Source of the DNA: Acidimicrobiales bacterium
Lineage (GTDB): Bacteria; Actinomycetota; Acidimicrobiia; Acidimicrobiales; UBA8190
Assembly: GCA_030040015.1 (NCBI GenBank)
Contig: JASHUM010000123.1
Coordinates: 37,887-101,886, forward strand
Reading direction: 5' to 3'
DNA: 64,000 nt
The notes under the pieces were generated by a model. The model was not told where the DNA came from. It worked only from the letters and a program-made list of their open reading frames with translations, and searched no databases. Position numbers and translations under genes: made by a program. Positions within the stretch are counted from its first letter, which is position 1, and every line of letters starts with the position of its first letter. Of this stretch, positions 18,075 through 26,271 are shown piece by piece.

Positions 18075-18350
18075 GTGGTCACGTTCGGCGTCGTGAGCGG
18101 CGTCCAGATCGTTCGGGACGTCCTCGAGCTCTACGTCGTCATCCTCATCGCCCGGGCGCTGCTCAGCTGGTTCCCCATCCACGGCGACAGCGCCCTCGTA
18201 CCCGTGGTCCGGGTCCTCGATCGCCTCACCGAGCCGGTGCTGGCCCCCATCCGCCGGATCCTGCCGCCCATGCGGGCCGGGGGCATGGCCATCGACCTCT
18301 CCATCATCGTGGCCGTGATCGTGATCCAGATCGTGGCCTCTCTCATCTGA
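18075..18350 (+). CDS. yggT: YggT-family membrane protein (YlmG)
   Basis: 91 aa, two TM segments, LLSWFP and PVLAPIRRILPP motifs. Position between sepF and divIVA. Confidence 0.75.
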   Translation: MVTFGVVSGVQIVRDVLELYVVILIARALLSWFPIHGDSALVPVVRVLDRLTEPVLAPIRRILPPMRAGGMAIDLSIIVAVIVIQIVASLI

Positions 18351-18392
18351 CCCGGAGCTACTCCCATCCGTCGCCCGGCCTGGTGCTTTAGC

Positions 18393-18398
18393 TAGGAT
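18393..18398 (+). promoter_or_regulatory. Candidate -10 element (TAGGAT) for a leaderless divIVA transcript
   Basis: TAGGAT fits TAnnnT. Six nt separate it from ATG 18405, and there is no SD in between. Confidence 0.25.
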
Positions 18399-18404
18399 CC
18401 GCGC

Positions 18405-19160
18405 ATGCCCAGTCCACAGCCCATGTCCGCTCTCGAGAGCTTGCGGACCGTCGAGTTCCGCCAGACGTTACGCGGGTACCACATCGACGACGTCGACGAG
18501 TACCTGGAGCGGGTGGCGGTCGAGGCCGAAGCGCTCCAGGAGCAGTTGCGTCAGGCGCACGAGCGCGTGCGCCAAGCCACCGAGCGGATCACCCAGCTCG
18601 AGAGCAGCGATCGTCCTGCGCCACCCCCGGCGGACGCCGAGAGCGGCGCCGACAGCCTGCAGCGCACCTTGGCCCTGGCCCAGAAGTTCGTCGAGCAGAC
18701 CGAGGCTGAGGCCCAGGCGCAGGCCCGGTCCCTGGTCGACGAGGCTCAGCAGCGGGCGCGCACCGTCCTCGAGGAGGCCGAGCAGCGGGCCGAGAGCATG
18801 GCGACAGAGTCGGAGAAGCGGTTGCGTGACGAGGTGACGCGACTGGAGGGCCTGCGCGGGAAGTTGGCCGGGGACGTGGACGCCATATCCCGCCATCTCG
18901 AGGCGGAGCGGTCGCGACTGCGCGGGGCGCTCGGCGAGATGCTGCACTGGATCGACGAGAACATGCAGCCCTCGGCCACACTCAAGCCCACGGGAGCCGC
19001 ATCGGCACCACCGCCGGGCGGGCCGGCACCTTCGCCTCCTGGGGGTGACGGACGTCCTCGGGAGGAGACCGCCGGCACCCCGACGGCGCAAGGGCAACAG
19101 AACACCCCGCGGCCGTCAGGGCTGCACACGCTGGCTCACGGGAACACGGCCAACCGCTAG
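18405..19160 (+). CDS. divIVA: DivIVA/Wag31 domain-containing cell-pole protein
   Basis: N-terminal DivIVA motif VEFRQTLRGYHIDDVDEYLERV followed by a long coiled coil and a Pro/Gly-rich tail. Confidence 0.85.
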   Translation: MPSPQPMSALESLRTVEFRQTLRGYHIDDVDEYLERVAVEAEALQEQLRQAHERVRQATERITQLESSDRPAPPPADAESGADSLQRTLALAQKFVEQTEAEAQAQARSLVDEAQQRARTVLEEAEQRAESMATESEKRLRDEVTRLEGLRGKLAGDVDAISRHLEAERSRLRGALGEMLHWIDENMQPSATLKPTGAASAPPPGGPAPSPPGGDGRPREETAGTPTAQGQQNTPRPSGLHTLAHGNTANR

Positions 19161-22100
19161 CCCAGGCGGCGAACCTCGACCGACAACTCGGCCGCCACCT
19201 CGACCTCGAACGACTCGGCCAGCGTCTGCTCCATGACGTAGGTGCGGTGGCGCTCGACGGCGGCGGCCATCTCGGGAGGACACGTTAGGCGCACCGCCAC
19301 CCGGTCGGCCACGTGGAAGCCGGCGTCGCGGCGCGCCTTCTGGACCTCCCGCACGGCGTCGCGGGCCAACCCCTCGGCGGCGAGGTCGTCGTCCACGTCG
19401 GTGTCGAGCACCACCACACCGGCGTCACCGGGGAGGGTGCGTCCCCGCACGGAGTCGAGCGGCCGCAGCGCCAGGGCGTACTCGCCCGGCTCGAGCCCCA
19501 CGCCGTCGACGCTGACACCGTCGGGGCCGGACTCCCAGCGCCCCCGGCGCACGGCGGCGATGACCCCTTGGGTGGCGGGCCCGAGTCTCGGGCCGAGCAC
19601 GGACGGGACGAGGGTGAGGACCCGCTCGGCCAAGTCGCCCACGTCGGCAGTGAGCTCCACCGCTTTGACATTCACCTCGTCGGCGATGAGCTGGCGGTAG
19701 GGGGCGAGCTGGTCCGGGTCGTCGGTGGCCACCGTGAGCTTGCGCAAGGGAAGGCGCACCCGCCGTCCCTCCGCCTTGCGCACGGCGTGGGCCGCCGAGC
19801 ACACGTGTCTCACCAGGTCCATGGCCGCCACCAGGTCGGGATCGGGGCCCAGCTCCTCGACCGACGGCCAGTCGGCCAGGTGCACGCTCCGTTCGCCGGT
19901 GAGCCCCTGGTAGACGGTCTCGGTGAGCATGGGCAACAGGGGAGCGGCCACTCGGCACAGCACGCTGAGCACGGTGGCCAACGCGTCGTAGGCACCGGCC
20001 TTGTCCGCCTCCACCGGGGCTGACCCGTCCCGGCGGCGCCAGAAGCGGTCCCGGCTGCGGCGCACGTACCAATTGGTGAGGGCGTCGAGGTAGTCGGTGA
20101 TGACGGCACAGGCGCCGTAGAGGTCGTACTCGTCGAGCGCCCGGCCCACCTCGTCGACCAGGGCTGCGGTCTTGGCCAGCACGTAGCGATCCAGCGTGCC
20201 CTCGGCCCGGCTGGACGTCCGGCCCCGGATGCCGTCCACGTTGGCGTACAGGGAGAGGAAGTACCACGTGTTCCAGATGGGGTTGAGGACCTGGCGCCGA
20301 ACCTCCTCGAAACCCTTGGCGTGCACGATCAGGTCCTGCCCCCGCAGGACCGGCGAGGAGAGCAGGAACCAGCGCATGGCGTCGGCTCCCCACATGTCGA
20401 ACACCACGTCGGGCTCGGGGTAGTTGCCCAGGCGCTTCGACATCTTCCGGCCGTCGTCGCCGAGGACGATCCCATGGGCGATGCAGTGGGAGAACGGGGG
20501 CCGGTCGAAGAGGGCGGTGGAGAGCACGTGGAGGGTGTAGAACCACCCCCGGGTCTGGCCGACGTACTCGACGATGAAATCGGCCGGGAAGTGCGACTCG
20601 AACCAGTCCCGGTGCTCGAAGGGGTAGTGCACCTGGGCGAAGGGCATGGAGCCGGACTCGAACCAGCAGTCGAGGACGTCGTCCACCCGCCGCATCGTCG
20701 ACCGCCCGGTGGGATCGTCGGGGTTGGGCCGCACCAACTCGTCGATGGCGGGGCGGTGCAGGTCCCGGGGGCGCACGCCGAAGTCGCGTTCCAGCTCGTC
20801 GAGGCTCCCGTAGACGTCCAGGCGCGGGTACCGGGGGTCGTCGCTCTTCCACACCGGGATGGGGGCACCCCAGAAGCGGTTGCGGCTGATCGACCAGTCC
20901 CGGGCTCCCTCGAGCCATTTCCCGAATGCGCCGTCGCGTACGTGGGCCGGCACCCAGTCGATGTGCTGGTTGAGCTCGAGCATGCGCTCCTTGATGGCGG
21001 TCACCTTGACGAACCACGAGCTCAAGGCCTTGTAGATGAGCGGGGTGTCGGTACGCCAGCAGTGCGGATAGCTGTGCACGTAGGGGACCGCCTCGACCAA
21101 CGATCCCTTGTGACGCAGGTCTTCGGTGATGGCTGCGTTGGCGTCGAACACCTGGACGCCGGCATAGGGCGGCACGTCCGAGGTGAAGCGGGCCTGGTCG
21201 TCCACCGGGCACACCACGGCGATCCCGTTGGCGGCGCACAGGTCGTAGTCGTCCTCCCCGAACCCCGGCGCGATGTGGACGACCCCGGTCCCTTCGTCGG
21301 TGGTCACGAAATCGGCCGGGAACACCACGAAGGCACCGGCGCGGCCGGCGAAGAAGTCGAAGAGGGGGTGGTACCGCCGTCCCACCAGCCGGCTGCCGGG
21401 GAAGCGGAGCACCGGCTCGCGCTCGGCGAACAGCGACGGGTAGGCGGCTGCCCGCTCGGCGGCCACCACCACCGGACCGGTGTCGGTGTCGTAGAGCTGG
21501 TACTCGACCTCGGGCCCCACGGCCAGAGCGAGGTTGGAGGGCAGGGTCCAGGGCGTGGTGGTCCACACCAGCAGGCGCAGTGGTCCGGCCAGCGGGTCGG
21601 AGCCGTCCGTGTCGCCGTCGGCGCCGTGGAGGTCGAAGGCCACGGTCACCGCCGGGTCCTCCCGGGGTCGATAGGCGTCGTCCTGGCGGGTCTCGAAGTT
21701 CGACAGCGGCGTCTCGCACTCCCAGCAGTAGGGAAGGACCCGTTCGCCCTCGTAGAGAAGGCCCTTGTCCCAGAGCGCCTTGAACGCCCACAGCACGCTC
21801 TCCATGTAGGGCGGGTCCATGGTCTTGTAGTCGTCGGCGAAGTCCACCCACCTGGCCTGGCGGGTGACGTAGCGCTCCCAAGAGTCGGTGGTGCGTTGGA
21901 CCAGGGCCCGGCAGTAATCGTTGAAGCGCTCGATCCCGTACTCGACGATGCGGGCTCGGCCGTGCAGCTCGAGCTCCTTCTCCGCCTCCATCTCGGCGGG
22001 AAGCCCGTGGCAGTCCCAGCCGAAACGCCGCTCGACACGCCGTCCCCGCATGGTCCGGAACCGCGGAACGGCGTCCTTCACGAACCCGGTGAGCAGATGG

Positions 22101-22300
22101 CCGTAGTGGGGCAACCCATTGGCGAAAGGCGGGCCGTCGTAGAAGACGTACTCGTTGCCGGCACCCGGACGCTGCGACACCGAGGCGGCGAACGTGCCGT
22201 CCTTGACCCAGAACTCGAGAACGCGCTCTTCGAGTCGCGGGTAGTCGGGCTGAGGTTCGACCTCGGGGTACGGCGTGAGCTCCGCGCCGGGTTCGGACAT
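19157..22300 (-). CDS. ileS: Isoleucine--tRNA ligase (type 2)
   Basis: 1047 aa from ATG (complement of 22298-22300). HIGH-type motif PHYGHLLTG and KMSKS motif KMSKRLGN. The ORF-track extension to 23068 is the antisense of an Ala/Lys repeat and is not coding. Confidence 0.95.
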   Translation of the reverse strand: MSEPGAELTPYPEVEPQPDYPRLEERVLEFWVKDGTFAASVSQRPGAGNEYVFYDGPPFANGLPHYGHLLTGFVKDAVPRFRTMRGRRVERRFGWDCHGLPAEMEAEKELELHGRARIVEYGIERFNDYCRALVQRTTDSWERYVTRQARWVDFADDYKTMDPPYMESVLWAFKALWDKGLLYEGERVLPYCWECETPLSNFETRQDDAYRPREDPAVTVAFDLHGADGDTDGSDPLAGPLRLLVWTTTPWTLPSNLALAVGPEVEYQLYDTDTGPVVVAAERAAAYPSLFAEREPVLRFPGSRLVGRRYHPLFDFFAGRAGAFVVFPADFVTTDEGTGVVHIAPGFGEDDYDLCAANGIAVVCPVDDQARFTSDVPPYAGVQVFDANAAITEDLRHKGSLVEAVPYVHSYPHCWRTDTPLIYKALSSWFVKVTAIKERMLELNQHIDWVPAHVRDGAFGKWLEGARDWSISRNRFWGAPIPVWKSDDPRYPRLDVYGSLDELERDFGVRPRDLHRPAIDELVRPNPDDPTGRSTMRRVDDVLDCWFESGSMPFAQVHYPFEHRDWFESHFPADFIVEYVGQTRGWFYTLHVLSTALFDRPPFSHCIAHGIVLGDDGRKMSKRLGNYPEPDVVFDMWGADAMRWFLLSSPVLRGQDLIVHAKGFEEVRRQVLNPIWNTWYFLSLYANVDGIRGRTSSRAEGTLDRYVLAKTAALVDEVGRALDEYDLYGACAVITDYLDALTNWYVRRSRDRFWRRRDGSAPVEADKAGAYDALATVLSVLCRVAAPLLPMLTETVYQGLTGERSVHLADWPSVEELGPDPDLVAAMDLVRHVCSAAHAVRKAEGRRVRLPLRKLTVATDDPDQLAPYRQLIADEVNVKAVELTADVGDLAERVLTLVPSVLGPRLGPATQGVIAAVRRGRWESGPDGVSVDGVGLEPGEYALALRPLDSVRGRTLPGDAGVVVLDTDVDDDLAAEGLARDAVREVQKARRDAGFHVADRVAVRLTCPPEMAAAVERHRTYVMEQTLAESFEVEVAAELSVEVRRLG

Positions 22301-22364
22301 GAGGGCCAAGCGTATTCGGAGCTGTTTGCCCCTCGGTCGGCCCGACGCTAGGGTCGCCCCCTCC

Positions 22365-23183
22365 ATGAGCCCGGCCAAGAAGAGCGCTGCCGTCCGCCGC
22401 CCGGCGGGAAAGAAGGCGGCGGCGAAGAAGGCGGCCGGCAAGAAGGTCTCAGCCAAGAAGACCCCGGCCAAGAAGCCAGCTCCCAAGAAGGCACCGGCGA
22501 AGAAGGCGGCGGCGAAGAAGACGGCGCCGGCCAAGAAGCCAGCTCCCAAGAAGGCACCGGCCAAGAAGGCGGCGGCGAAGAAGACGGCGCCGGCCAAGGC
22601 GGCTGCAGCCAAGAAGGCAGCGCCCAAAGCCACCGCAGTGAGGACCGCAGGCGCAAGGGCGGCTCCGGCACAGTCCAAGACGGCGAGCGCGCCGGCCAAG
22701 GCGGCTTCGGCGCCCTCGACCTCCAGCGTCCGCCCCGGGCGCCGCGGCCTCGAGCGGGGGCCGGCCACCCTGCCCAGGGCCAAGCCGCCGCCGGTCCTCA
22801 GACCGTATGCCGATGACCAGAAGTTCCTCGACGAGCAGCGCCAGCTCCTCCTCGAGGAGCGCGAGGTGTACAAGCACCAAGCCGAGGACCTGCGCGCCGA
22901 GGCCGAATCGCTGGCCCAGGAGCGCGAGCCCGGCGACGTGCAGTTCGACGAGGAGTCGGGCGAGGGCGGGACCATCGCCGTGGACCGGGAGCGCGATCTC
23001 ACCCTGTCTGCGCAGGCCCTGGTGGCCATCGAGGAGATCGACGTCGCCCTGGCCGCCATAGACGACAAGACTTACGGGTCGTGCGAGAACTGCGGCCAGC
23101 CCATCCCGAAAGCTCGGCTGCGGGCCCTTCCCTACGCCCGCCTGTGCGTGGCGTGCAAGAGCGGGGGATTGCACAGGCGCTGA
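22365..23183 (+). CDS. DksA/TraR-family C4 zinc-finger protein with N-terminal histone-H1-like Lys/Ala/Pro repeat tail
   Basis: 272 aa. The first ~90 residues are AKKA/PAKK repeats, followed by an Ala/Ser/Pro linker and a coiled coil. C-terminus is CENCGQPIPKARLRALPYARLCVACK (CxxC-x17-CxxC). Confidence 0.8.
   Translation: MSPAKKSAAVRRPAGKKAAAKKAAGKKVSAKKTPAKKPAPKKAPAKKAAAKKTAPAKKPAPKKAPAKKAAAKKTAPAKAAAAKKAAPKATAVRTAGARAAPAQSKTASAPAKAASAPSTSSVRPGRRGLERGPATLPRAKPPPVLRPYADDQKFLDEQRQLLLEEREVYKHQAEDLRAEAESLAQEREPGDVQFDEESGEGGTIAVDRERDLTLSAQALVAIEEIDVALAAIDDKTYGSCENCGQPIPKARLRALPYARLCVACKSGGLHRR
22467..22592 (+). repeat. 63-bp tandem duplication (2 copies, 62/63 identical) inside the histone-like tail
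   Basis: Units 22467-22529 and 22530-22592 each encode AKKPAPKKAPAKKAAAKKTAP. The single difference is a synonymous gcg/gcc change. Confidence 0.9.
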
Positions 23184-23674
23184 GCGCCGAGCGACAGGGC
23201 CGACGCCGGCGCCCGGTCGTCGTGTGCCTGGTCACTGCCGCCGTCGTGGTGGCCGCCGACCAGGCGTCGAAGAGCTGGGCCGTGCACCGCCTGTCGCGGG
23301 GGCCCATCCACGTGGTGTGGAAGCTCGACCTGGTGCTGTCGTACAACACGGGCAGTGCCTTCGGCTTGGCCCAGGGGTGGGCGCCGGTGCTCGCCGCCCT
23401 GGCCGCCGTCATCGTGGTGGGCCTGCTCGCCGCGCTGCGAGGGGTTCGGCGTACGTCCATGGCCCTCGCCCTCGGTCTCGTCCTGGGTGGTGCCCTCGGC
23501 AACCTGTCCGACCGTGTCCTGCGCGGGCATCACGGGGCGGTCGTCGACTTCATCGCCCTGCACTTCTGGCCCACCTTCAACGTGGCCGACTCGTGCATCG
23601 TGGTCGGCGTGATCCTGGCCGCCGCGCTGTCCTGGGGTGACGACCGGGCTCGCGCCGGGCCCCAGACGGGGTGA
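23153..23674 (+). CDS. lspA: Lipoprotein signal peptidase (signal peptidase II)
   Basis: DQASK, SYNTGSAFGL and VVDFI...FNVAD motifs with four TM segments. Start is uncertain (GTG 23153, CTG 23180 or GTG 23222). 23153 keeps the Arg-rich N-tail. Confidence 0.85.
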   Translation: MQERGIAQALSAERQGRRRRPVVVCLVTAAVVVAADQASKSWAVHRLSRGPIHVVWKLDLVLSYNTGSAFGLAQGWAPVLAALAAVIVVGLLAALRGVRRTSMALALGLVLGGALGNLSDRVLRGHHGAVVDFIALHFWPTFNVADSCIVVGVILAAALSWGDDRARAGPQTG

Positions 23675-24645
23675 GCGATCTCGGCACGGACATCGACCTC
23701 GACCTCGAGGTGCCGGCTGCCCTTGACGGACAGCGCGTCGACCGGGTCCTGTCCATGCTCACCGGCGTGTCCCGTCGGTCCGCTGCCGACGCCATCGACA
23801 GGGGAGCGGTGTGGATCGAGGACGAGCGGGCGCGCACCCGGAGCACGGTGTTGCGCACCGGGCAGCGTCTGCGCGCCGCCCTGTCCGGCTCGCAGGCACC
23901 GAGGCCTTCCGCCGACCCGGATGTCCCTCTCGCCGTGGTCTACGCCGACGACGACCTCATCGTGGTGGACAAGCCGGCGGGCGTGGTCGTCCATCACGGT
24001 GCCGGTCATCGCGGCGGGACGCTCGTCGACGGGTTGCTGGCCCGGTTCGCCGACCTGGCCCGGCTTCCGGCGCTCGTGGACGGTGACCCGACGAGGCCGG
24101 GCATCGTCCATCGTCTGGACAAGGGGACCTCTGGGCTTCTCGTGGTGGCACGCTCGCCACAGGCGTACCGACTCTTGGCCGAGCAGTTCCGCCGCCACCG
24201 CGCCGAGCGAAGGTACGTGGCCCTGGTGGCGGGGACGCTCGAAGAGGAGCGAGGAGTGGTCGACGCGCCCGTGGGGCGCTCTACGCGCCGACCCGATCGC
24301 ATGGCCGTCGTCGCCACCGGCCGTCCGGCCCGCACCGCCTACCGCGTGCTCGGGCGTTTCGCCGGACCTGTCCCGGCCACCCTCGTCGAGGCGCAGCTGG
24401 AGTCGGGCCGCACCCACCAGGTGCGGGTGCACCTCGCCTCCATCGGCCACCCCGTCGTGGGGGACGAGCGTTATGGCGTGCCGGCGTCACGCCCGCCGGC
24501 GCTCGTGTCGATGTTGGCTCCGGGACGAGTGTTCCTCCATGCCCGGGTGCTCGGCCTCGTCCATCCCGACGGGACGGCCCGGCGTTGGGAGTCGCCGTTG
24601 CCCGCGGATCTGGAGGCGGTACTACGGGAGCTGCTCCCGGGCTGA
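23671..24645 (+). CDS. rluD: RluA-family 23S rRNA pseudouridine synthase (RluD-like)
   Basis: N-terminal S4 domain (RVDRVLS), catalytic HRLDKGTSGLLVVAR, and GRTHQVRVHL. GTG overlaps the lspA stop. Confidence 0.9.
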   Translation: MSDLGTDIDLDLEVPAALDGQRVDRVLSMLTGVSRRSAADAIDRGAVWIEDERARTRSTVLRTGQRLRAALSGSQAPRPSADPDVPLAVVYADDDLIVVDKPAGVVVHHGAGHRGGTLVDGLLARFADLARLPALVDGDPTRPGIVHRLDKGTSGLLVVARSPQAYRLLAEQFRRHRAERRYVALVAGTLEEERGVVDAPVGRSTRRPDRMAVVATGRPARTAYRVLGRFAGPVPATLVEAQLESGRTHQVRVHLASIGHPVVGDERYGVPASRPPALVSMLAPGRVFLHARVLGLVHPDGTARRWESPLPADLEAVLRELLPG

Positions 24646-24647
24646 GC

Positions 24648-24671
24648 GTGGCGGCGCAACCGCGCCGGCAC
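24648..24671. terminator. GC-rich hairpin between convergent rluD and sigma-factor genes (candidate bidirectional terminator, no U-tract)
   Basis: GTGGCGGCGC-aacc-GCGCCGGCAC: a 10-bp stem with one mismatch and a 4-nt loop. It lies within the 37-nt convergent spacer. Confidence 0.3.
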
Positions 24672-24682
24672 CGCCGGGGGCG

Positions 24683-25516
24683 TCAGGCGGCGCGCAGCGC
24701 CGCTTCCACCTCGGGGACCGTGGCCAGCTGCTCGAGCGCCCTGGCCTCGGCCTGGCGGGCGCGTCGTACCCCGATGCCCAACCGAGAGGCCGTGGCCTGT
24801 AGCGAGGCAGGGTCACCACCGTCGAGCCCGAAGCGGATGCGCACCACGTCCCGGGCCAGATCGTCGAGCCGGTCCACGGCTCGGCGCACCTGGTCGAGCA
24901 CCAACTGGCGCTCCACCTCTTCCTCGAAGGCGTGATCGTCGACCCCGACGAGGTCGCCCAGCGGCGTGCCGGTGTCGACACCCGCAGGCTGATCGAGACT
25001 GGCGACCACTCGGGCCATGTCGTGCAGGTTCTCCATGGTGGCCTCGTCCACGCCGCTGGCCTCGGCCAGCTCCTCGGGCGTGGGCTCGCGCCGAAGCTCG
25101 GCGGCCAGCTCCCAGGACAGGCGGTCGACGCGCTGGGCTTGCTCGGCGACCTCCATGGGCACCCGGATGGTGTTGCCGTGCTGCTGGACGGCACGCTGAA
25201 GCGCTTGGCGGATCCACCACGTGGCATAGGTCGAGAACCGGAAGCCCCGCTCCCAGTCGAACTTGTCGACGGCCCGCATGAGGCCGAAGGTGCCCTCCTG
25301 GACGAGGTCGGCGAAGTCCACCCCGCGGTCCTGGTAGCGCCGGGCCCAGTGGACCACCAGGCGGAGGTTGGCGGCGATCATCTGGCGACGCGCCTCGTCG
25401 TCCCCGGCGGCCACCCGCTTGGCCAGCTCGACTTGCTGCTCGGGGTCGGGCAGGGGATACCGGTCGAGGTCGTCGAGGAACAGCCTGATGCTGTCGTGGG
25501 TGCTCGCCTGCGCCAT
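24683..25516 (-). CDS. RNA polymerase sigma factor, sigma-70 family (group 2/3-like)
   Basis: 277 aa. Region 2 is DLVQEGTFGLMRAVDKFDWERGFRFSTYATWWIRQA. Regions 3 and 4 (HTH ...LQATASRLGIGVRRARQAE...) are present. SD GAGGGAGA upstream of the ATG. Confidence 0.9.
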   Translation of the reverse strand: MAQASTHDSIRLFLDDLDRYPLPDPEQQVELAKRVAAGDDEARRQMIAANLRLVVHWARRYQDRGVDFADLVQEGTFGLMRAVDKFDWERGFRFSTYATWWIRQALQRAVQQHGNTIRVPMEVAEQAQRVDRLSWELAAELRREPTPEELAEASGVDEATMENLHDMARVVASLDQPAGVDTGTPLGDLVGVDDHAFEEEVERQLVLDQVRRAVDRLDDLARDVVRIRFGLDGGDPASLQATASRLGIGVRRARQAEARALEQLATVPEVEAALRAA

Positions 25517-25662
25517 GTCTCCCTCTCTGTGCGCGTGACCTGGTCCGCGTCACTCCGAACAACACCGGTGTGGTGCCCGGCATTCCTGCCATTCCCTCAC
25601 CCGGGGAGCCTCATTCGAAACCCGAATTGCCCAACCCCGGTGCCCGGTGGTGCGCTTCCCGG

Positions 25663-26271
25663 ATGCTTGACGACCGGCCCCGGCCCCGGCTGGTGGTGGT
25701 GCGCCACGGGTCGACCGAGTGGAGCGCCTCGGGGCGCCACACCGGGCGCACGGACGTCCCCCTCGACCCCGAAGGCGAGGCCCAGGCCCGTGCCCTGGCG
25801 CAGCGCCTGGCCGGCCACCCCTTCACCAGGGTCCTGGTGAGCCCGCTCGGCCGGGCCCGCCGGACCTGCGAGCTGGCCGGGTTCGGCCACCGGGCCGAGG
25901 TCACGGGGGACCTCGCCGAATGGGATTACGGGGAGTACGAGGGCCTGACCACTCCCGAGATCCGGGCCCGTCGACCGGGGTGGCGGCTGTGGCACGACGG
26001 GGTCCCGGCAGGCGAGCGCATCGGGGAGGTGGCGGCGAGGGCCGAGCGGGTGATCGCCAGCGTGCGCTCGGGCCGCGGTGACGCGCTCGCCTTCGCCCAC
26101 GGGCACCTGCTCCGGGTCCTCGCCGCCCGGTGGCTGGACATGCCCCCCGCCGCCGGCGGGCAACTCCTTCTCGCTCCGGCCGCGCTCGGGGTCCTCTCCT
26201 GGGAGCACGGTGTCCCCGTGCTCGGCCGGTGGGACGACGACGGGGCCGACCCCCTGGTTGAGGACGTCTAG
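25663..26271 (+). CDS. Histidine phosphatase (phosphoglycerate mutase-like) family protein
   Basis: RHG catalytic motif VVVRHGSTEWSASGRHTGRTDVPL and a second His in AFAHGHLLR. Confidence 0.8.
   Translation: MLDDRPRPRLVVVRHGSTEWSASGRHTGRTDVPLDPEGEAQARALAQRLAGHPFTRVLVSPLGRARRTCELAGFGHRAEVTGDLAEWDYGEYEGLTTPEIRARRPGWRLWHDGVPAGERIGEVAARAERVIASVRSGRGDALAFAHGHLLRVLAARWLDMPPAAGGQLLLAPAALGVLSWEHGVPVLGRWDDDGADPLVEDV

Noticed and set aside
22301-22600. Expected T-box riboswitch upstream of ileS.
   Set aside because: No T-box core or specifier/antiterminator-like sequence is visible on the minus strand. The region is occupied by the divergent coding sequence after 64 bp.
22301-23068. N-terminal extension of the ileS ORF to 1303 aa.
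   Set aside because: The extension is the reverse complement of the AKKA repeat of the + strand gene and gives FFAAAFLAG-type repeats. The canonical IleRS N-terminus starts at the ATG at 22300.
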